Origin: Paraspadella gotoi
Lineage: Eukaryota > Animalia > Chaetognatha
Assembly (NCBI GenBank): GCA_051294375.1
Contig: CM119264.1
Span: forward strand, 1,942,443-1,948,347
DNA: 5,905 nt
Direction: 5' to 3'
The position numbers and the translations under genes were made by a program. Each line of letters begins with the position of its first letter. Position 1 is the stretch's first letter. The notes beneath the pieces are model-generated. The model saw only the letters and a list, made by a program, of their open reading frames with translations. It made no database searches and was not told the DNA's origin. This document shows, piece after piece, positions 1 to 5,723 of this stretch.

Positions 1-64
1 CTCTAGGGTATTAATTTGACCCTCTAGGGTCTGTACATAACACTTTAGGTTGTGCATTTCCTTC
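1..64 (-). CDS. Exon of an unidentified spliced gene (left copy), coiled-coil segment; runs off the window edge
   Basis: On the - strand, the acceptor ...tacttttcTAG| (AG at 66-65) is followed by g + 21 open codons: (W)KEMHNLKCYVQTLEGQINTLE. The phase matches the upstream exon (tg|g = Trp), and hydrophobic residues fall at 3-4 spacing. Confidence 0.7.
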
Positions 65-175
65 CTAGAAAAGTAATACGAAAGGGTGAATAATAAGGCA
101 AATTAGACAAAAGATTAATTATCACAAGGAAATTATTTTGTTCTATTCGTTTATTGTACAAATAATAAGACTCAC

Positions 176-244
176 CATAGTTGATCCAACGCTGTTTCGT
201 TGTAGGCCACGCTATCTGTATACTGCGTGATGACGTCGTTTACC
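176..244 (-). CDS. 69-bp internal exon of the same gene (left copy)
   Basis: Bounded by a T-tract plus gtcAAG| acceptor (AG at 246-245) and a consensus donor TG|GTGAGT (175-170). It reads g + VNDVITQYTDSVAYNETALDQL + tg with no stops. It is GC-richer than its flanks, and a 111-bp AT-rich intron (65-175) joins it in frame to 1-64. Confidence 0.7.
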
Positions 245-1223
245 CTTGACAAAAAAAAATTGGGAAATGAAAGAAAAGGGAGATGATTGCTATACAAATT
301 TATATCCAAAGATACATTTAATTACTCCGTACTCTCTCTACGACTTTTAATTAGTCCTTATACTTGNNNNNNNNNNNNNNNNNNNNNNNNNNNNNNNNNN
401 NNNNNNNNNNNNNNNNNNNNNNNNNNNNNNNNNNNNNNNNNNNNNNNNNNNNNNNNNNNNNNNNNNNNNNNNNNNNNNAGTGGACGACGAGAGATTAACA
501 GGAACCTAATCAATAAAGTAAAAAAAATTATAAAAAAAAAATAATCAACCGAGATCGAAGGGGTTACTTACTTTTGACTTTGTCTGGTATTTTTGCTTTA
601 CNNNNNNNNNNNNNNNNNNNNNNNNNCGTGGCCCGGCAAAAGTTTTGGAGGTGACCTAAGCTACGGCATATCAAACTTTTCCCAGCGACGACTTTCAACG
701 CGCAAATCTCTCTCCATCGCCTGATTTTTTTTTTCATTTTCTGCATAACTCCATTCTCGAATTATCCAACCGCCCATCGTTCCACTTAGACCTCCACAAA
801 TCAAGTCACCGACCCGTCTTGTCAGTAAAGCGAAAAATACGGCGGGACAAAGTCAAAGTGAGTAACACATGACACACGCTCAATCTGCGGTTGATTTTTT
901 TTTTTTATAATTTTTTCTACTTTATTGAATTGGTTCCTGTTATCTCTCGTCGTCCAGAGTTCATCTTCAAACTTCATCATCCAATGTTAACTTTAACACA
1001 CTTCAACTCAAAAGTAAGTAAGCACGATGACATACAGCCTTTGGTCTCGGTTGGTTTAATTTTTTTGACTGGTCATTGGTATTTTTTCAAAGACTTCGAT
1101 TTTCTTTTTTTTTATGAAAAAAAAAGATGTCGAGTCCATATTACGAGCTGCGATGAACGTCACACGTCGCACAACACATCAAAAAAGAGATCGGAACAAG
1201 TGAAGGAAAATTGTTAAGTGTCG

Positions 1224-1291
1224 TTTTGCATTGTTTTGTTGCATTGTTTGTTTGTTTGTTTTTGCATTGTTGGTGTTTGTTTTTGTTGCAG
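1224..1291 (+). repeat. T/G-rich low-complexity tract: (TGTT)n with three TTGCATTGTT copies
   Basis: TTGCATTGTT occurs at 1226, 1239 and 1262. A fourth variant, TTGCAG (1286-1291), forms a likely splice acceptor. Confidence 0.85.
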
Positions 1292-1665
1292 TTCGTGTTG
1301 TGTTTGTGGGCTATAAACTAGGTTCATATTTAGCATAGTTACTTCACTTTTTTTTTAAATTTTTTTTTTAAATTGGCTTAACAGCGCGACGAGCGACAGT
1401 CTCCTCATAAGGCGCGCTTGCCCAAATATACAGGGACTTGTTAAAGTCCTAGAGAGAGTTAAGGTAAGAAAATATTGATTACATATTTTTAAAATAGTTA
1501 CTTAAATGTATCTTTGGATATAAATTTGTTTGAGCAATCATCATCGCCATTATCTTTCAATTTCCGCCATTATTTTTGCCAAAGGGTAAACGAACGTCAT
1601 TGCGCACATAACACGTGGTAAAAGGGAGCGACCGAACAATCGTTTTGGACCAAACTATGGTGAGT

Positions 1666-2308
1666 AGGCAGGAACAGGTTTGAAAAAAACTGAAGTTCTC
1701 TAAATAATAATGATAAAGTGATGTTAAACGAATATGAAAAGTAAAATATTTTAAAAATTATCTTATTAATAGCGCACGGAAAGGCATTTAAAGATTATTT
1801 TATTACTATTATAGTTTATAAATTTTTTTGAATTTTCAGATTTTTTTTAAATGGATTCTGATAGAGCTTAAAAGTTAGATAAAGGTTATTTAATACATAA
1901 TTTTTTAAAAATTTTTTTGTTTTATTGACAAAAAAGTTTTAACAAAACTAGAAAATTCGCCGAATGATGATGATGATGTGATTTTTTAACGTTTTTTTCT
2001 GTTTTTAAACCAATCTCTCTCTCGCTTCAAAATTAATTTAAAAAAATGCTAGTACTACTAACTTTCATTTAAACTTTTCAAGCTTTAATAGAATCCGTTC
2101 TTAAAAAGCTCAACTTTTTAAAAAAAAATTTTTGTCATTTGTTTATATTAATAAATAATTTAAAGCTTCAGTGCTAACAACCATATGAATAATCTCAAAA
2201 CAAGTTGCATTGTGCAAAATCGATTTATGTAATAGAAGGAAAAAGGAATTTTTTTTGAAAGAGAATTAAAAGTTAATAAAAAAGTGTTCAATTTTTGGAC
2301 GCGCCTTA
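1666..2308. mobile_element. 643-bp non-coding foldback/MITE-like insertion with a 9-bp target-site duplication (Mutator/Foldback-like)
   Basis: Absent from the left arm, which has one ATGGTGAGT (178-170, - strand). Here it is flanked by ATGGTGAGT at 1657-1665 and 2309-2317. Internal inverted arms run ~1779-1958 versus ~1992-2176 (e.g. GGATTCTGATAGAGCTTAAAAGTT versus the reverse complement GGATTCTATTAAAGCTTGAAAAGTT). Termini are AGGC...GCCT(TA). It is very AT-rich with no ORF. Confidence 0.75.
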
Positions 2309-2803
2309 ATGGTGAGTCTTATTATTTGTACAATAAGACAAATAGAACTAAATAATTTCTTGTGATAAATATAATCTTTTGTCTAATTTGCCTTATTATT
2401 CACCCTTTTCGTATTAACTTGTTCTAGGAAGGACACGCACAACAAATCCGAAGGCGTATATACAGACCCTAAGGCCGGCAAATTAATACCTAGAGAACTT
2501 AGTCTAAGGGTATAACGCTAGGAGAAATCGTTTGTTATGAGGATTAGTAGTTTTTATATTGTTTTTTTTCGTTTTTTATCGTTAATGCGTAAAATAGATT
2601 TACTGCTTCGTGATTAAAAAAAATATTTAATTTTAATACGAACTCTAAATTCTGCAGAGAAACCACAATTATTTCGATATGTCTTTAAAAAAATTGTTAG
2701 ATCAATTAGCTTCGTTGACAACCAATAAAATAATTTATAATGACAATCTTTTTTGATCAATTGGTGCCCTAAAAAGGGCACGTTGGGTGACGTTTCTTCT
2801 GGC

Positions 2804-3200
2804 CTTAAAAAAGGCATTTTGGGTGTACGAAGGCATCTGAGGGAGCAGGTAGTAACGATCATCGCCCTGGCGGGTCGGTCCCTTGGATCCTCGAAACCTT
2901 GGTTGGATTTGCGATCGGGAACAGAATCGAGTTAGAGTCAAAGGTAGAATATGACGAACAGATGATTTCCCGGCTGAGAGACCTTTGCCGTCGTATTTTT
3001 ACGACTTGAGCAGCCAATGCCAATCGCGACGCCAACACATTCCAGAAGGAGCAGAATGGAGAAGACGAGGTCGACAATCTGTTGAGTGACATGCGAATTT
3101 TTCTTCGACGCTCTACGCTCTGGGACAATCGTCGTCGTCACCATCGTCTTTTTCGCCGACCAATAATAAAAGAGGAAAATTCTGAGAGCCAATTAGCTTT
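2804..3200 (+). pseudogene. Disrupted ORF remnant, unknown family
   Basis: A GC-richer block. One frameshift at ~2881 and one TGA at 3007-3009 join LKKGILGVRRHLREQVVTIIALAGRS / PWILETLVGFAIGNRIELESKVEYDEQMISRLRDLCRRIFTT*AANANRDANTFQKEQNGEDEVDNLLSDMRIFLRRSTLWDN. The composition is protein-like and amphipathic, but I do not recognise it. Confidence 0.4.
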
Positions 3201-3460
3201 CGATGACCAAACCCCTTACCCCCTCGACTCGATCATCGTCATATCTGCACCAACGAATGGCAAACGGGGAGAATTTTTAGAACCAATCAGCTTCCAAGGG
3301 GCCAACTCTGTGAGACTCGATCGTCATCGTCATTCACACGACCAATCAAAATCCTGGATAATTTTAAGGACCAATAAGCAATTCATTACCACCCCGCTAC
3401 GATCGGTTACTCTGCGCTGGCGTATCACGAGGGGTGAAAATTTTGAAAACCAATCGGAAG
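3127..3460 (+). repeat. Degenerate ~80-95-bp tandem repeat carrying the CCAAT boxes
   Basis: AATTYT..RRCCAAT recurs at 3178, 3272, 3360 and 3439. GACTCGATC(GTC)ATCGTCAT occurs at 3226 and 3314. CCAATTAGCTTTCGA at 3189 resembles CCAATCAGCTTCCAA at 3283. Confidence 0.65.
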
Positions 3461-3539
3461 GCTGTGCGCAAACAGGTTATCCAACCAGTAAATCTGAGAA
3501 TTTGGTAATTCTCAGAAAAGTTTAGCATCGGTATAAAAG
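3160..3539 (+). promoter_or_regulatory. Pol II promoter-like module: co-oriented CCAAT boxes upstream of a TATA box
   Basis: CCAAT at 3160, 3189, 3283 (AACCAATCAG), 3342, 3371 and 3450, all on the + strand and all preceded by two purines (NF-Y-type RRCCAAT). TATAAAAG is at 3532-3539. Confidence 0.6.
3493..3516. other. Perfect hairpin, 10-bp stem and 4-nt loop
   Basis: TCTGAGAATT-TGGT-AATTCTCAGA, ending 15 bp before the TATA box. Confidence 0.9.
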
Positions 3540-3599
3540 AGCCTTTGAGAGAGGAATTTTTTTTTTGTTCCTCCGTTTTTTGTTTTTTTTTATCAAAGT

Positions 3600-3633
3600 G
3601 AGAGAGGAGAGGAGAGAGAGAGAGAGGGAAAAA
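3600..3633 (+). repeat. GA-rich microsatellite/polypurine tract
   Basis: GAGAGAGGAGAGGAGAGAGAGAGAGAGGGAAAAA. Confidence 0.9.
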
Positions 3634-3685
3634 GTCTGGCTTCAAATTTCACACGTTTGAGATATTCTCTTTTGGCGGCTCACGC

Positions 3686-4030
3686 TCGATTTCCACTAAC
3701 AACTTCTCACGTGACTCACTCTGCGGTCAGTTTAATCATCCGCGTCCTATTGAAACCCCTTCTCGTCGAATATAGCCGCGTTAAAGCGATCACTTTTACC
3801 TATCTCTCCCTCTCTCTCTCTCCCGCTCTCTCTCCCTTTCTCTCACTCTCTCTCTCTTTCTCTATCTCTTTCTTTCCCTCTCTTTCTCTATTCGAATTCC
3901 ATTGAGTTGTCACGTGACTCGCTCCGGGGTCAATCCAATCCTCGACCTGGCGAAACTTCCCCTCGTCGAATATAACCGTGTTAAAACAATCAAATCCCCT
4001 TAACTATATCACCTTTTTCTCTCTCTCTTT
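3686..4030 (+). repeat. Tandem duplication, period ~200-206 bp, each unit with TCACGTGACTC and ending in a CT tract
   Basis: TCGATTTCCACT (3686) matches TCGAATTCCATT (3892). TCACGTGACTC occurs at 3707 and 3910. CTCGTCGAATATAGCCGCGTTAAAGCGATCA (3762) matches CTCGTCGAATATAACCGTGTTAAAACAATCA (3962). CT tracts lie at ~3803-3889 and ~4012-4036. Confidence 0.9.
3803..3889 (+). repeat. Imperfect (CT)n microsatellite/polypyrimidine tract
   Basis: About 87 bp made almost entirely of C and T. Confidence 0.95.
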
Positions 4031-4089
4031 TTTTTTAATTATTCAATGCTCACAGAACAATACTCCGCCCCAATAAAGCAAATCAACTA

Positions 4090-4833
4090 TCAGTCTATGG
4101 TAGAAAGATCGAGCCTGGTAAGGAACATGTGCTCTGAGTCTGTTTCATAAGGAGACATTAAATACTCTAAATTAAGANNNNNNNNNNNNNNNNNNNNNNN
4201 NNNNNNNNNNNNNNNNNNNNNNNNNNNNNNNNNNNNNNNNNNNNNNNNNNNNNNNNNNNNNNNNNNNNNNNNNNNNNNNNNNNNNNNNNNNNNNNNNNNN
4301 NNNNNNNNNNNNNNNNNNNNNNNNNNNNNNNNNNNNNNNNNNNNNNNNNNNNNNNNNNNNNNNNNNNNNNNNNNNNNNNNNNNNNNNNNNNNNNNNNNNN
4401 NNNNNNNNNNNNNNNNNNNNNNNNNNNNNNNNNNNNNNNNNNNNNNNNNNNNNNNNNNNNNNNNNNNNNNNNNNNNNNNNNNNNNNNNNNNNNNNNNNNN
4501 NNNNNNNNNNNNNNNNNNNNNNNNNNNNNNNNNNNNNNNNNNNNNNNNNNNNNNNNNNNNNNNNNNNNNNNNNNNNNNNNNNNNNNNNNNNNNNNNNNNN
4601 NNNNNNNNNNNNNNNNNNNNNNNNNNNNNNNNNNNNNNNNNNNNNNNNNNNNNNNNNNNNNNNNNNNNNNNNNNNNNNNNNNNNAAAATAAACCCTAATT
4701 TAGTTTCAGTCAACAGAGGAACTTTGCTATAGATTTCTTTAGGAATCAATCCAGTAGAGATTTGGTTGGCGTGAGTGTGAATATTTTCTCCAATTTTAAA
4801 AGTATTTTTTAATATTGATATAATCTTAATCAT
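4090..4833 (-). CDS. Possible coding region whose core is hidden by 507 Ns
   Basis: Both visible flanks (49 and ~28 codons) are stop-free in AT-rich DNA and in the same frame if the N count is real. They read ENIHTHANQISTGLIPKEIYSKVPLLTETKLGFI and LNLEYLMSPYETDSEHMFLTRLDLSTID*. About 68% is unseen, so no product can be called. Confidence 0.35.
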   Translation of the reverse strand: MIKIISILKNTFKIGENIHTHANQISTGLIPKEIYSKVPLLTETKLGFIXXXXXXXXXXXXXXXXXXXXXXXXXXXXXXXXXXXXXXXXXXXXXXXXXXXXXXXXXXXXXXXXXXXXXXXXXXXXXXXXXXXXXXXXXXXXXXXXXXXXXXXXXXXXXXXXXXXXXXXXXXXXXXXXXXXXXXXXXXXXXXXXXXXXXXXXXXXXXXXXXXXXXXXXXXLNLEYLMSPYETDSEHMFLTRLDLSTID

Positions 4834-4911
4834 AGAGAAGGAAGGAATAATTCTTGAAAAAAAATATTCCTATCAGAAAATTGGATTTGAAAATAATGAT
4901 TATATGTAACT

Positions 4912-5060
4912 GTGCCCTCGTCGAAATCATGATCTTCGCCACAGTCATCGAAATCATGATCGTCATCGAAATCATGATCATTGCCATAATCATCATCGCA
5001 GTCACTCTCTAGGAGACTCCTCTTTGAAATCATGGTCTTTCGGTCATCGAAGTCATCCTC
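4912..5060 (-). repeat. Coding-type minisatellite giving Asp/His-rich DHDFD repeats on the - strand
   Basis: TCGAAATCATGATC occurs exactly at 4921, 4948 and 4966 (spacings 27 and 18, multiples of 3), with degenerate copies at 5024 and 5047. Translation: EDDFDDRKTMISKRSLLESDCDDDYGNDHDFDDDHDFDDCGEDHDFDEGT. Confidence 0.8.
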
Positions 5061-5213
5061 TATGAGAGTCCGTTCAAAAAAAAAAATGAATGTAATTATT
5101 ATGTGGAACTATCTGACGTAAAAAAAAAGTTACCTATAGGCACATTGCACAAGATGTAAAAAAAGTTTGGTTCATGTCTCCGATGATCTCAGAGCCATAA
5201 AAAAAGAAAAAAC

Positions 5214-5723
5214 CTTTGTCTGTCTGTCTGTCATATTACAGCAAATTCGCTCAAACCGCTGGTCGATGTCCTAATAAGAGGTTTGGGACGACCAGGAAAG
5301 GTGGTTGGCAAACAAAGCGCCGCCGCCCTGGAGCGCCAGCCAACGTGGCCAGGAACGCGAGGACGCCTCGTAGGGAGACGCCCGCCGCCATGGCCGCGCC
5401 ACAAGCGCACGCCATCTCCGGGTCGAGTCAGCAGGCATCGTCGAGTTCCTGAAAATTAAATTTTTTTCCGTTTTACATAATCCGAACAAGTTCAAAAAGT
5501 ATTATTAAAAAGAATTGGAATAGAAATATTTTTCTTACACTTTGATAAGATGAACTCGCCAACGGAATAGAGAAAAAAGAGTAGAATTGATGACAAGTCG
5601 GGTCCGGGTTGGGAGAGTTGAACGACTTAGGATGAGAAATTTTTTTTTTGAAGAATCTTTGAGTAAAGTTGAGCTGAGTGAATCGTTTGCGCTGGAGCAG
5701 ACAAGTGGTAGGCTTTCCGTTTC
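5214..5723 (-). pseudogene. Candidate decayed exons (5539-5723 and 5214-5448) of a - strand gene
   Basis: GC-richer blocks with canonical - strand boundaries: TTCTCAG| (5724), |GTAAGA (5538), a 90-bp AT-rich intron, ATTTTCAG| (5449) and AAG|GTTTTT (5213). Two of the frames through 5214-5448 contain a stop, and no family is recognised. Confidence 0.35.

Larger units (their letters stand above)
1..601 (-). pseudogene. Left copy of the inverted-duplicated multi-exon gene, probably damaged
   Basis: Besides the two clean exons, 328-366 reads KYKD*LKVVERVR, with an in-frame TAA at 353-351. Its donor is lost by a ~31-bp deletion relative to the right copy (1465-1495). A further donor GTAAGT lies at 571-566. 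Part of the copy is hidden by Ns. Confidence 0.55.
1..2495. repeat. Large degenerate inverted repeat (palindrome) centred near 720
   Basis: Collinear reverse-complement blocks: 1-178 with 2309-2495; 170-326 with 1496-1665; 327-366 with 1423-1464; 481-601 with 825-956; and weakly 643-660 with 785-800. Shared strings include ATGGTGAGTCTTATTATTTGTACAATAA, TAATCTTTTGTCTAATTTGCCTTATTATTCACCCTTT, TTAAATGTATCTTTGGATATAAATTTGT and ATCTCTCGTCGTCCA. Confidence 0.95.
825..2550 (+). pseudogene. Right copy of the inverted-duplicated gene; multi-exon, many frameshifts, interrupted by an insertion
   Basis: It is the reverse complement of the left copy. Donors: GTGAGT 858, GTAAGT 1014, GTAAGA 1464, GTGAGT 1660. 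Acceptors: CCAG 957, TTGCAG 1291, AACAG 1384, AAAG 1584, TTCTAG 2427. Exons 1585-1659 and 2428 onward align to the clean left exons but carry indels and stops. With frameshift repair the tail reads ...INTLENLVKGITLGEIVCYED*, with TAG TAG at 2545-2550. Confidence 0.6.

Noticed and set aside
287-1217. Supplied ORFs 287-544, 564-746 and 891-1217 as genes
   Set aside because: They span Ns and homopolymer or intron-like tracts (poly-K, poly-F) and cross apparent splice sites. At most, small parts overlap real exons.
1408-2308. TAAGGCGCG (1408-1416) inverted against 2300-2308 as alternative TIRs
   Set aside because: The match is only 9 bp with no flanking duplication, and the sequence between 1423 and 1665 is shared with the left arm, so it is not inserted.
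1-2495. Palindrome as a pure fold-back sequencing or assembly chimera
   Set aside because: The arms differ by a 643-bp insertion with a target duplication, a 31-bp indel and many substitutions, which re-reading one molecule would not produce. A contribution from sequence error is not excluded.
2614-3192. Minus-strand ORFs 2614-2862, 2735-2941, 2859-3128 and 2938-3192
   Set aside because: They are short, mutually overlapping and motif-free, and are best explained as shadows of the GC-richer + strand relic.
3485-3516. Helitron 3' end on the - strand (hairpin followed by CTGG-T)
   Set aside because: The hairpin is AT-rich and only 4 nt from the CTRR, unlike the usual GC-rich hairpin ~10 nt upstream, and no 5' TC end can be defined.
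3397-3905. ORFs 3397-3645 and 3657-3905
   Set aside because: They are kept open by T, GA and CT low-complexity tracts (LSLS runs) with no coding signal.
4097-4123. Plus-strand first coding exon ATG...CTG|GTAAGG (MVERSSL) downstream of the promoter
   Set aside because: Only seven codons with a donor-like hexamer, and what follows is hidden by Ns, so it cannot be supported.
4921-4979. TCGAAATCATGATC repeats as a CRISPR array
   Set aside because: The repeats are only 14 bp with 4-13 nt between them, spacing is period-3, there are no cas genes, and the context is eukaryotic.
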